Shown here one piece after another: positions 17,712 through 25,999 of a stretch of DNA of 45,585 nt. The notes beneath the pieces are model-generated. The model searched no databases. It worked only from the letters and a program-made list of their open reading frames with translations, and was not told where the DNA came from. The DNA lies in the NCBI GenBank assembly GCA_028713045.1, contig JAQTOY010000003.1, positions 1-45,585 of the forward strand, in the 5' to 3' direction. A program made the position numbers and the translations under genes. Within the stretch, counting starts at the first letter, position 1. Each line of letters begins with the position of its first letter. Source of the stretch: Candidatus Nanoarchaeia archaeon. GTDB lineage: Archaea > Nanobdellota > Nanobdellia > Pacearchaeales > GW2011-AR1.

Positions 17712-18428
17712 TTAAGATTTTCTCTTTTGTTCAATCAAAGTATATGGAGAATTTTTTGTTATTATGAATTTTGAGCCAACAACCTCTGAAACTAAAGCTG
17801 AGATCATTAGATCGCCAACAACTGCTCTGAAAACCCCCATTATTATAGGTATCTTAGCTTCTTTTGAGAATGAATCTAAAATTTCCTTGATTTCTTCTTG
17901 ATTCAAGGTTATTTTAGTTGAATATGTTCTTCCATCTTTTTTAATTGTCAATTCTTTTTCAGGACCTTCACATTCAATCATTTTAATCAGAGGATCTTTA
18001 AGTAGCAAATCAATCTTTCCTAGATTAAAACCTACCGGTCTGGGTTTTAATTCAAAATCAAAATTTTCTAATGGCGCCGGCTCTTTTGGATAAATTGGGG
18101 GCATTATTGGTTTTAATTTGGGTTTTATTTTTTTTGGCTGAAATTTATAAAGAGTTTGCCTTGTAAGGGGCCTAGAATATTCCTTTTTAATATCTGAGGT
18201 CATTTTCGTAGAAGGCTCTGATTTTTTAACCGGAACAACCGGAGTTTTTATTATTTTTCTAAATGATTGTTCTGGAGAAATCTTCGGTTCTATAAACTCT
18301 CTTCTTAATTTTTCTATTTCGATCCTCTTTTTAATCTGCTCTTTCTTTAAAAAACTTATAATTAATTCTTCGGTAAATTTTTTTAAAAAAATTATTCTGT
18401 ATTCTGAGTTAGGTTCTTTTAATTCCAT
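17712..18428 (-). CDS. Lys-rich protein whose C-terminal ~90 aa resemble the N-domain of FlaI/VirB11-type secretion ATPases, with no ATPase domain
   Basis: 'DPLIKMIECEGPEKELTIKKDGRTYSTKITLNQEEIKEILDSFSKEAKIPIIMGVFRAVVGDLMISALVSEVVGSKFIITK' follows the 'I.V.G...v.v..g.......l..ee...ii..ia...g..i......a.l.dg.R......s..g..f.IRK' pattern. Confidence 0.4.
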   Translation of the reverse strand: MELKEPNSEYRIIFLKKFTEELIISFLKKEQIKKRIEIEKLRREFIEPKISPEQSFRKIIKTPVVPVKKSEPSTKMTSDIKKEYSRPLTRQTLYKFQPKKIKPKLKPIMPPIYPKEPAPLENFDFELKPRPVGFNLGKIDLLLKDPLIKMIECEGPEKELTIKKDGRTYSTKITLNQEEIKEILDSFSKEAKIPIIMGVFRAVVGDLMISALVSEVVGSKFIITKNSPYTLIEQKRKS

Positions 18429-18438
18429 TTTTCCTCTC

Positions 18439-18846
18439 TTAATATTTTGGAAGAGGCCTGGATCTTATCATTCCTTGGAACTGAGATGGTTCTTCATCTG
18501 CCATTGGAGGTATTTGCGGGTTACTTCGGTTTCTTATTTTCTCCTCCATTAAAAGTATTGCCTTTGAGATGGTTTTATTCTGATCTAGGAGAGAATCCAA
18601 TTTTTTCAGGAATTCTTGGTCTGCCGGTGATTGTTTTGTGATATCTCCTGAAGAATATTTTTCCGCAAAACTTTTGGCAGAAATTTCAAATAATTGTAAT
18701 AGTTTAGACATGTTTGATGAAAGTTCGTCAAATTTGACTGAAAGGTTTGTTAAAACTTTTTGCAGGCTGATGAAATTTTCAATAAGCATCTTTTGTAAAT
18801 CTTCATCATCGAGTTTTTTATTAAATGAACCTTCTTTTTTAACCAT
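18439..18846 (-). CDS. Hypothetical coiled-coil-like protein
   Basis: 135-aa ORF. TTTATAAA is exactly 22 nt upstream. It is 10 nt from the downstream gene, so they probably form an operon. Confidence 0.55.
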   Translation of the reverse strand: MVKKEGSFNKKLDDEDLQKMLIENFISLQKVLTNLSVKFDELSSNMSKLLQLFEISAKSFAEKYSSGDITKQSPADQEFLKKLDSLLDQNKTISKAILLMEEKIRNRSNPQIPPMADEEPSQFQGMIRSRPLPKY

Positions 18847-18867
18847 GAATTAAACAAGAATGAATAA

Positions 18868-18875
18868 TTTATAAA
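18868..18875 (-). promoter_or_regulatory. TATA box TTTATAAA, 22 nt before ATG 18846
   Basis: Exact octamer and exact spacing. Confidence 0.6.
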
Positions 18876-18880
18876 TCTTA

Positions 18881-18906
18881 GCAAAAATTAAAATCTTAAT
18901 TTTTGC
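18881..18906. promoter_or_regulatory. Perfect inverted repeat, 11-bp arms with 4-nt spacer
   Basis: 'GCAAAAATTAA aatc TTAATTTTTGC', 5 nt beyond the TATA box in a divergent intergenic region. Confidence 0.45.
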
Positions 18907-18916
18907 TATAGCTCAT

Positions 18917-18933
18917 TCAAAATTGAATTTTGA
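18917..18933. promoter_or_regulatory. 17-bp palindrome TCAAAATTgAATTTTGA
   Basis: 8-bp arms around a single central base, in the same intergenic region as 18881..18906. Confidence 0.35.
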
Positions 18934-18988
18934 AGATATTATTATTGTTTTTGGAAACTTTTAATAACTTAATTCTTATTTAGTTGTT

Positions 18989-19750
18989 ATGGTCTCATGG
19001 CTTCAGTTAATCGTGCTTAGCATAATCCAGGGTGTTGCAGAATGGTTTCCTGTAAGCAGTTCTGGACATCTGGCTATTTTTCAGAAGATTTTTGGGTTTG
19101 AAAATCTATCTTTTGATGTTTTTTTGCATCTGGCAAGCATAATTGCTGTAATCATTTTATTTAGAAAAGAGATAGCAAGAATTTTTTATTTAAAAGATAG
19201 AAAAAATTTGCGAGATTTGCTATTGATAATCCTTGGAATAATTCCAGCCGGGATTCTTGGATTTTTATTTAAAAAGCAGATAGCAGGGTTTTTTTCAAGC
19301 CTCATGTATATTGGAATTTTTTTTATCCTAAGTGGTATATTAGTTTATTCAACAAGATTTTCAAAAGAAAAAAAAGAAACCTTGAATTGGTTGGATTCGT
19401 TATTTATAGGAATTTTTCAGGCAATTGCGATTGTTCCAGGAATTTCAAGGAGCGGGGCAACAATAAGCTCGGGAATGTTCAGGGGCTTGAAAAAAGAAGC
19501 GGCAGTTAAATTCTCATTCTTATTGGCAATTCCTATTGTTTTAGGAGCCGCTTTACTTGAGATAAGAGATTTAAGTTTTTTAGGAATAGATTATCCGATG
19601 TTAATAATCTCGTTTATCATAACCTTTGTTACAAGCTTAATGACAATAAAATATCTTCTTAAAATTGTCAAAAGCGATAAATTCTATCTATTTGGAATAT
19701 ATAATTTTATTCTGGGGGTTTTAGTGTTGTTATGGGGTTTTGTTAGATAA
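18989..19750 (+). CDS. uppP: Undecaprenyl-diphosphatase (BacA/UppP family)
   Basis: 'GVAEWFPVSSSGHL', 'PGISRSGATISSG', and about 8 TM helices. Confidence 0.85.
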   Translation: MVSWLQLIVLSIIQGVAEWFPVSSSGHLAIFQKIFGFENLSFDVFLHLASIIAVIILFRKEIARIFYLKDRKNLRDLLLIILGIIPAGILGFLFKKQIAGFFSSLMYIGIFFILSGILVYSTRFSKEKKETLNWLDSLFIGIFQAIAIVPGISRSGATISSGMFRGLKKEAAVKFSFLLAIPIVLGAALLEIRDLSFLGIDYPMLIISFIITFVTSLMTIKYLLKIVKSDKFYLFGIYNFILGVLVLLWGFVR

Positions 19751-19841
19751 CCCTAATAGTAATTTTTTGCTAAAATATGTTTTCAATTGGTGAAAATTGG
19801 TTAATAGTTATCTTTTTATAGGTTTATTTTTTGTGAATTAA

Positions 19842-20303
19842 ATGATTGAACTTAAACCTCTTGTAGAAAGAATAGTAGATTCAGGATTTCCTGAATTAAA
19901 GCAGGTTAGAATATGTGCTTTCTATGTTCCTTACCCAATTAGAAAAGCATTTTTATGTTTTGGTAGAAATAATCGCAATAAATATGCTATTAAGGTGTGC
20001 CCATCTTTAAAAAATGTTTCAGAAGGAGTATTAACCGGGGGTCTTGCACATGAATTAGCACATATTTTAGGTGAAGTTTCACTGGATGATTCTTCCTCTA
20101 AGAGTTATTTTAGACTATGTAGAACTTATTCCTGGTATCAAACTTTGCATGAGAGATCTACAGATTTAACTGTCGTTAAAAGAGGTTTTGCAAAACAATT
20201 ACTCGAATTTGTTATATACGTAGAACAAAGAAGAGAACCCTATCAAAAAAAAGATTGTTTAACACAAAGAGAGTTAAGAGCAATAATTAGAGGACTCGAA
20301 TAA
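19842..20303 (+). CDS. Putative HExxH zinc metallopeptidase-like protein
   Basis: 'GGLAHELAHILGE'. TATA-like 'TTTTTATA' (19813-19820) is exactly 22 nt upstream. Arg-rich composition. Confidence 0.4.
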   Translation: MIELKPLVERIVDSGFPELKQVRICAFYVPYPIRKAFLCFGRNNRNKYAIKVCPSLKNVSEGVLTGGLAHELAHILGEVSLDDSSSKSYFRLCRTYSWYQTLHERSTDLTVVKRGFAKQLLEFVIYVEQRREPYQKKDCLTQRELRAIIRGLE

Positions 20304-20324
20304 TTATTTTTATTTATTTTGAAT

Positions 20325-20579
20325 CTATAATTTTATTGTTGAATTTTTGGTTTTGTTGTTTGGTTTGATGAGATAAAACCAACTCAGAAAAAATAAGATA
20401 ATAATTAATGAAAATGATAGAATAAAATTCAGATTTCGGATTATATTTATGGTTTGGACAAAAGGCCTATTTTTGAAAAATATTGATAAATCTATGATTG
20501 GGCCTTTTGTAATAAATAATGCTGTTAAAAGGATTCCTGCTAGTAATAAGATTAATGAAAGGATTTTATTTGGGTTCAT
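20325..20579 (-). CDS. Small membrane protein (2-3 TM)
   Basis: 84-aa hydrophobic ORF. Confidence 0.45.
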   Translation of the reverse strand: MNPNKILSLILLLAGILLTALFITKGPIIDLSIFFKNRPFVQTINIIRNLNFILSFSLIIILFFLSWFYLIKPNNKTKNSTIKL

Positions 20580-20615
20580 TAGATATTTAAATAATTGTAC
20601 TATTTAATTATTAAT

Positions 20616-21626
20616 ATGGCCAAAGACTTAGGAGACATTAAGCATTTCAGTAAAGAAGATAAGCGGTTTGCAACATCAGAGGATGTAGCAGATTATAGGG
20701 CTAATAGATTAAAATGCAATAAAATTGCGGATTTGTGCTCGGGAATAGGAGTTCAGGCAGGAGCTTTTGCTAAAACCTGCAAAGAGGTTTTGGCGGTTGA
20801 GATTGATGAAAGGAAAGTGGAAAATTCGATTAAGAATTTTCCTAATGAGAACTTAACGTTTATTTGTGGAGATGTTCTTGATGAAAAAATTATAAAAAAA
20901 ATCCAGGATTTTAAACCCGAGATTATCTTTTGTGATCCAGAAAGATTGGCAGAAGAAAAAGAAAGAACAATAGGTTCAATAAAACCGGATTTAAAGAAAC
21001 TTATTAAAATTTATTCAAAAATAAACAATAATATTTGCATTGAAATTCCTCCAAGGATTGGGCTTGAAAAGTTAAGAGATTTGGGCTTGTTTGAAGCAGA
21101 ATATCTTTCTATCAATAATAAGCTGAACAGGCTCGATATTTATTTTGGAGATTTGAAGAAATCTGAGGTAAGTGTTGTAGATGTTTTTTCAGAGATGAGG
21201 ATTGAAAAATCTGAAAAAGCCACGAAGATAAAATCTGTTAGAACTCCATTTAAATATATTTTTGAAATAAGTGAGGCAATTATAAAAGCAGGTTTGATTA
21301 ATGAATATGCCCAGAAAATTAAAGGTTTTGTTTTGGAAAATAAAGACAAGAATAAAGTGTTTTTAACTTCAGATGGATTTGAAGAAGATGATTTATTGAG
21401 TTTATGCAAGTCTTATGAAATAATCGGAATTTGCGATAATTTGAGAGAGGCTATAAGAATTTTGAAACAAAGCCAATTTGGGAAAGTGGTTTTAAAATAT
21501 TCAATCGAGCCAAAAGAGTATTGGAAAGAAAGGAACATGATTGAAAATCAGCTTAATAAGAATCTAAAAACCGAAGCTAATCTGTTTAAAATCAACGGTC
21601 AGTTTGTTGTTGGAGAAGAGGTTTAA
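20616..21626 (+). CDS. Class I SAM-dependent methyltransferase (probably RNA-directed)
   Basis: Start set at ATG 20616 ('MAKDLG'). Motif I 'IADLCSGIGVQAGAFA', then 'VLAVEID' and 'IIFCDPER'. Confidence 0.6.
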   Translation: MAKDLGDIKHFSKEDKRFATSEDVADYRANRLKCNKIADLCSGIGVQAGAFAKTCKEVLAVEIDERKVENSIKNFPNENLTFICGDVLDEKIIKKIQDFKPEIIFCDPERLAEEKERTIGSIKPDLKKLIKIYSKINNNICIEIPPRIGLEKLRDLGLFEAEYLSINNKLNRLDIYFGDLKKSEVSVVDVFSEMRIEKSEKATKIKSVRTPFKYIFEISEAIIKAGLINEYAQKIKGFVLENKDKNKVFLTSDGFEEDDLLSLCKSYEIIGICDNLREAIRILKQSQFGKVVLKYSIEPKEYWKERNMIENQLNKNLKTEANLFKINGQFVVGEEV

Positions 21627-21689
21627 TCGGATTAAAATAACTATTATTATACAATAATTCTTTAAAAGGAATGGGAAATAGTAATTTAT

Positions 21690-22850
21690 ATGGCTTACGA
21701 AGTTTTAGAAAAGATTACCCAGTTTGATGGAAAAGGAGATTGGAATTATATTTTAAGATCTTCTACCGGAGATCAGGTGGTTATAGCATCAACTACTGCA
21801 GCAACAATTGAGGATTTGAATCTGTCAAATAGTAGTGGAAGAAGAGGAAGATTAGTTTTTGGTCATTATGACCTTGTAAATGCTTATGAGGGTTTATCTC
21901 TTGGAACTAATGATTTAGTATATAGTGCTGAGCAACATGCCTTGGCTGCTAAATCCAGAAGAGAAAATTTAACTTTTGCAGGAGTTGCTTTGACCCACTG
22001 GCCAGGAAGAGTATATGGCGGACAATTTTTATCAATCCGGCCAGATGATAGTGGTTATACGGGATTTTCCATGGTAAATTCTCATCCTAAATTTGGAAGC
22101 GTGTTGCATCTTGGTGATGGAAGGTATGTGTGCTATTCTCTTACAGGTTCAGAAATAGGAGATGATTTTGCAGAAATAACTTTGGAAGGAAGAGTAGGAG
22201 AAAATTTAAAAGAACAAGGATTTCCTCAGGGAATTGATTCTGAAGTAAAATATAGGCTACAGCACGGTGTTTTAATAAGAGAAAGAACCACGATTAATAA
22301 TACAGATATGCATCTATTTGTTCCAACTTCAGATCATGGATCATATTCGCCTAGACTAAAAGCTCCAAATTCATCTAGTCTTTTGATAGCTAATGCTCTT
22401 AATTTAACCCTTAAGCTTCATTCTAATGGAGAATTTGAATTAGATGGAGCTAAAGTCGAAACAGGTAAAAAGTTAGATGGTCAAACAGATTATGATTCTG
22501 GAAGTAGTTTAAGATTGCCTCCTACTGATTTTGAGCATTTATATGAACTTGTGGAACCTCAGATAGAGATATTTAATCCTAGTGAGGAGGTCGGGTTAAG
22601 AATTACCGCAGATCCAAGATCAAAATTAGTTTATACATGGAAACCTTTAATGGACTCTATCCTTAATGCTTTTGTTTCTATTCAGCCTAGATGTTTTCCA
22701 ACTGGTGCTGCATTCTTGCCCTCATTTAATTTTCCAAATGATCCTAAAGAGTTATTAAAAAGATTTCATGAATTTTATGTGCAAACAAGGGAGTTTTTAA
22801 TAGCTCCTGGAGAGCGGCGTACTGAAGTTCAAACTTTTGAGGCTATTTGA
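21690..22850 (+). CDS. Orphan 386-aa soluble protein
   Basis: TATA-like 'TTTAAAAG' (21661-21668) is exactly 22 nt upstream. Gly/Arg/Ser-rich composition. No motif I can name with confidence. Confidence 0.6.
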   Translation: MAYEVLEKITQFDGKGDWNYILRSSTGDQVVIASTTAATIEDLNLSNSSGRRGRLVFGHYDLVNAYEGLSLGTNDLVYSAEQHALAAKSRRENLTFAGVALTHWPGRVYGGQFLSIRPDDSGYTGFSMVNSHPKFGSVLHLGDGRYVCYSLTGSEIGDDFAEITLEGRVGENLKEQGFPQGIDSEVKYRLQHGVLIRERTTINNTDMHLFVPTSDHGSYSPRLKAPNSSSLLIANALNLTLKLHSNGEFELDGAKVETGKKLDGQTDYDSGSSLRLPPTDFEHLYELVEPQIEIFNPSEEVGLRITADPRSKLVYTWKPLMDSILNAFVSIQPRCFPTGAAFLPSFNFPNDPKELLKRFHEFYVQTREFLIAPGERRTEVQTFEAI

Positions 22851-22856
22851 TTGATA

Positions 22857-23378
22857 TTAAACTTTCAAAACTTCCTCTTTCCTCTGCATCTTTTTGAACT
22901 TTTTCCAATAATCCTTTCCAATTATATATCCAATGCAATTTTTTGAACCGCACTTGCAGGGATGGTCTTTATAATCATTATCTAGTTCATAACCATAGTC
23001 ATAGTTTATTTCTTCGCCTTTTTTTATGTTTTTTATTGCTTTTATCCAAATTCTTTTATTCCTTATGCTAACTTTGCAATTAGGATTGCAGGAATGATTG
23101 ATGTATTTTGCAGGATTGTATGAAACATCCCCATCTAAGTCATTTTCCTTGTCTAATTCAAAAACATAAACTGCTCCTTTTTCTTTGTTCTTTTTTGCTT
23201 CGTCAAATTGAAGGTCTGCTCTTCTATCTCCCTCTTTTTTAGATATTATCTCTCCAACATATTCAATCACTTTTGTTTTTTTCTTTATATCTTGTTTTGC
23301 ATAAACTCCTTTACCATGGATTTTTGAATTCTTGATTTTTATAAACGACAGGTCTACTTTTGGTCTTGTTTTTTTCAT
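22857..23378 (-). CDS. SET-domain protein lysine methyltransferase with post-SET Cys cluster
   Basis: 'GKGVYA', 'NHSCNPNC', 'EEINYDYGY', 'CKCGSKNCIGYI'. Confidence 0.85.
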   Translation of the reverse strand: MKKTRPKVDLSFIKIKNSKIHGKGVYAKQDIKKKTKVIEYVGEIISKKEGDRRADLQFDEAKKNKEKGAVYVFELDKENDLDGDVSYNPAKYINHSCNPNCKVSIRNKRIWIKAIKNIKKGEEINYDYGYELDNDYKDHPCKCGSKNCIGYIIGKDYWKKFKKMQRKEEVLKV

Positions 23379-23417
23379 TTTTTAATTCTATAAATCTAGT
23401 TTAAAAGAATATTTAAA

Positions 23418-23488
23418 TGGGTGCAGAGGGAATTGAACCCTCGTCAATCGGTCTGGAGCCGACTATTCTACCTTTGAACTATACACCC
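23418..23488 (-). tRNA. tRNA-Trp (anticodon CCA), 71 nt, no intron, CCA end not encoded
   Basis: Folded by hand. Acceptor GGGUGUA/UGCACCC, D stem GUUC/GAAU, anticodon stem GUCGG/CCGAU with loop CU-CCA-GA, T arm GAGGG-UUCAAUU-CCCUC, discriminator A. Confidence 0.85.
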
Positions 23489-23542
23489 AGCCAGTAAATA
23501 CTAAAACATATCTAGTCATTAAAAACCTATCTTTTTCAGAAC

Positions 23543-24238
23543 TCAGCCCATCTGTTGCAGTTTCTTGCATTTTTTAACTTCATTAATTTCAGTTTCAGAA
23601 ATTGAACAGCCCTTGTATTTTAATCCATATAAAACCGCTTCAAAAATCATAGGGTCTTTTATGTCAAATAAATCTTTTTTACATGCAATCATGGCTAGTT
23701 CAGTTGAGCGAATTATACTAAATTTTTTAAAAAATCCGTAATCTTCTCTTCTTGCTTTGATAGGAACATGCAATTTTTTTTCCATTAATTTTCTAAGGTT
23801 CTCGGGGTTTTCACATAACATCCGGGCTGTTCTTTCATCAATAACAATAACGGATGGTTCTTTTAATATTGAGGATAAAGCCAGGGTTGCGCATTCTCCT
23901 TTATCCAGCAGATGAATTTCTTCCTTATTAGAATGAAAAAGAGAGTTTGCAACGCTCATTATCTCTTCTCTTTTTTCTCTTAATAAATCTACCTGTTCAG
24001 GGGTTATATCTGCGTGCTTTATTATATTTCTGTCAAACAAATCCTTAATCTGCATTGCTTCAAGTTCATACTTTTTAATTGTCAATGGATAATCAATTAT
24101 TTCGCGCTTGACTTCTTTAGTTATCAGAAATTCTCCTTTAAACTCCTTTTTAAGTTTTTCAAGAATCGGTAGCATTCCATTCATTGCGAAGTTTATTATG
24201 GGTCCTGCGTCAAATATAAGATATTTTGATGATGTCAT
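23543..24238 (-). CDS. PIN-like domain protein (231 aa)
   Basis: The N-terminus 'YLIFDAGPIINF' is PIN-like, as are the later acidic positions 'IVIDERTAR'. Its ATG overlaps the upstream stop (ATGA). Confidence 0.5.
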   Translation of the reverse strand: MTSSKYLIFDAGPIINFAMNGMLPILEKLKKEFKGEFLITKEVKREIIDYPLTIKKYELEAMQIKDLFDRNIIKHADITPEQVDLLREKREEIMSVANSLFHSNKEEIHLLDKGECATLALSSILKEPSVIVIDERTARMLCENPENLRKLMEKKLHVPIKARREDYGFFKKFSIIRSTELAMIACKKDLFDIKDPMIFEAVLYGLKYKGCSISETEINEVKKCKKLQQMG

Positions 24239-24444
24239 TTTTTATATTTTTTAGTTAATTTATTAAGGTAAGTTATAAGGGGGGTTTGCCAGTCTTTTTT
24301 TAATTGAGTTCTAGAAAGTTTTAATATTTCTTTATCTTTTTTGTTTAAACCTCTTTTTTCTAATTTTTTTATTATCGATAAAATCTTTAAATTTTCTTCA
24401 CTATTCAATACATAATTCTTTTTTTCATAATTTGTTATTTTCAT
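24235..24444 (-). CDS. Small 69-aa Lys-rich protein, possible antitoxin-like partner of the PIN protein
   Basis: Start taken at 'MKITNYEKK', where TAATG overlaps the stop of the upstream gene. Its stop overlaps the PIN gene ATG. Confidence 0.45.
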   Translation of the reverse strand: MKITNYEKKNYVLNSEENLKILSIIKKLEKRGLNKKDKEILKLSRTQLKKDWQTPLITYLNKLTKKYKK

Positions 24445-24815
24445 TATAGATTTAATATTTTTATACTCCTTTTTATCGCAATAAAACCATAACCCCATAA
24501 TATGGGGAGCCATAATGGCATTATTCCAAATAAGGTTTTTCTGTTGAAGACTTCCACCCCTGTTTGGATAAATAAAGTTTCAAAGAGAGTCATTATCAAG
24601 AATCCAAAAATAAATATCAGATAATCTTTTTTTTCATACTTAAAATAAAGCGAAGCTATTAGAATAATTATGTAGATTAATGATAAAAAATAATCATTTT
24701 TAATCAAAGCAATCAAAATAACCATAATTATAACTGGAATCGCCTCATAAATTATTTTCAAATATTTTTTTAAATCTCTGTCTTTATTTTTATTCACCAC
24801 TTTTTTCTCATTCAT
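24444..24815 (-). CDS. Small integral membrane protein (3-4 TM)
   Basis: 123-aa hydrophobic ORF. ATGA overlap with the upstream HTH gene. Confidence 0.55.
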   Translation of the reverse strand: MNEKKVVNKNKDRDLKKYLKIIYEAIPVIIMVILIALIKNDYFLSLIYIIILIASLYFKYEKKDYLIFIFGFLIMTLFETLFIQTGVEVFNRKTLFGIMPLWLPILWGYGFIAIKRSIKILNL

Positions 24816-25372
24816 TTGAAAATTTCCTCCACTATCTTAACCCTTTCTTTTATTGGCATTGTTATTGATAAATCAACATCTGCAATTCCAGTCTGTCCGG
24901 CATATTCGGCTAGTTCCCATACAGAAATTCCAAGAATTTTAGCTGTTTTTTCCATGGATATTCCATGCTCATAAATTCTTGATGCTTTGTTTATTTTTGA
25001 TTTCCTGAAAACTTCGCTTATATAGTCCTTAAGATGCCCAGAAAGGTTTTGTATTAGATTTCTTATATGCTCTATTTCTTCCCTGAACTTATCCAAGTCA
25101 TTCTTTTCCAATCCTAAAATCATATTATTCAGGCATTGTATATAATTTTTATAAAACGCAGGATAGTTCTTATAACCTTGATATTTTTCCCTTTCAATTA
25201 CCTTGCTTAAGGCATAGATTATGACTGCAACAGATATCACGTCAGGGTCCTGTTCTATTGAAGAAGTATGAACAACCTGATTGCTTAAGTTTTTGATTGC
25301 AATGTAATTTTTATTTTTTAATGCAGAATGAACTTCCTTCAAAACTTTTAGAATATGTAGTTGCTCTTGCAT
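24812..25372 (-). CDS. Helical protein with C-terminal helix-turn-helix
   Basis: Start set at ATG 25372 ('MQEQLHIL'). HTH 'ISMEKTAKILGISVWELAEYAGQTG'. Confidence 0.6.
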   Translation of the reverse strand: MQEQLHILKVLKEVHSALKNKNYIAIKNLSNQVVHTSSIEQDPDVISVAVIIYALSKVIEREKYQGYKNYPAFYKNYIQCLNNMILGLEKNDLDKFREEIEHIRNLIQNLSGHLKDYISEVFRKSKINKASRIYEHGISMEKTAKILGISVWELAEYAGQTGIADVDLSITMPIKERVKIVEEIFK

Positions 25373-25430
25373 TTTAATTTTGAGTGTTAACGAAAAATTA
25401 AAAGACAGAAATTTAGGATAATTTCTGTAT

Positions 25431-25454
25431 CTCAAAAATCATCAGATTTTTGAG
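25431..25454. promoter_or_regulatory. Perfect inverted repeat, 10-bp arms with 4-nt spacer
   Basis: 'CTCAAAAATC atca GATTTTTGAG', about 60-80 nt upstream of the HTH gene start. Confidence 0.45.
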
Positions 25455-25511
25455 TTTTAATTTTACATTCATTTTACACCTTTTTAATTATTTAAAGACA
25501 AGGGGGGTAAT

Positions 25512-25519
25512 TATATAAA
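25512..25519 (+). promoter_or_regulatory. TATA box TATATAAA, 22 nt before ATG 25541
   Basis: Exact spacing. Confidence 0.55.
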
Positions 25520-25540
25520 GGTTTTTGAATTGTTTATCTC

Positions 25541-25969
25541 ATGAAAATCATATTGGACACTAATTTTCTTGTTTATTGCTCAAAGAACAAGATTGATTAT
25601 AGGGAAGATATTGGAAATCTTATCAATGAAGGTTTTGAACTGGTTGTTCCTGAACAGGTTGTTGAAGAACTGAAGAAAATAAGCCAGAAGCCTAAAGAGA
25701 AACATTCAGGATTTTTAAAAAAAAGAAATCCCCGATTCCGGAAAACAACTGCAAGAGATAGGGATGCTGCAAATCTAGCATTGCAGCTGCTTGATTTTAA
25801 TAAAATAAAAATTGTTAAAACAACAGGCAGGAATGTTGATGACGCAATTATTAATTTGGCTGAAAAAGATAAAAAGAACATTGTCTGCACTCTGGATCGG
25901 GAGATGAGGCATATTCTTGGAAGGGTTATTTTAATCAATAAATTCAAAAGATTAATGCTGACGAAATAA
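25541..25969 (+). CDS. Fcf1/Utp24-like PIN-domain endoribonuclease (archaeal)
   Basis: 'KIILDTNFLVY', 'VVPEQVVEEL', 'DDAIINLA', 'VCTLDREMR'. Confidence 0.65.
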   Translation: MKIILDTNFLVYCSKNKIDYREDIGNLINEGFELVVPEQVVEELKKISQKPKEKHSGFLKKRNPRFRKTTARDRDAANLALQLLDFNKIKIVKTTGRNVDDAIINLAEKDKKNIVCTLDREMRHILGRVILINKFKRLMLTK

Positions 25970-25999
25970 ATCTATATAACTTGTAAAATTATTTTTTAT

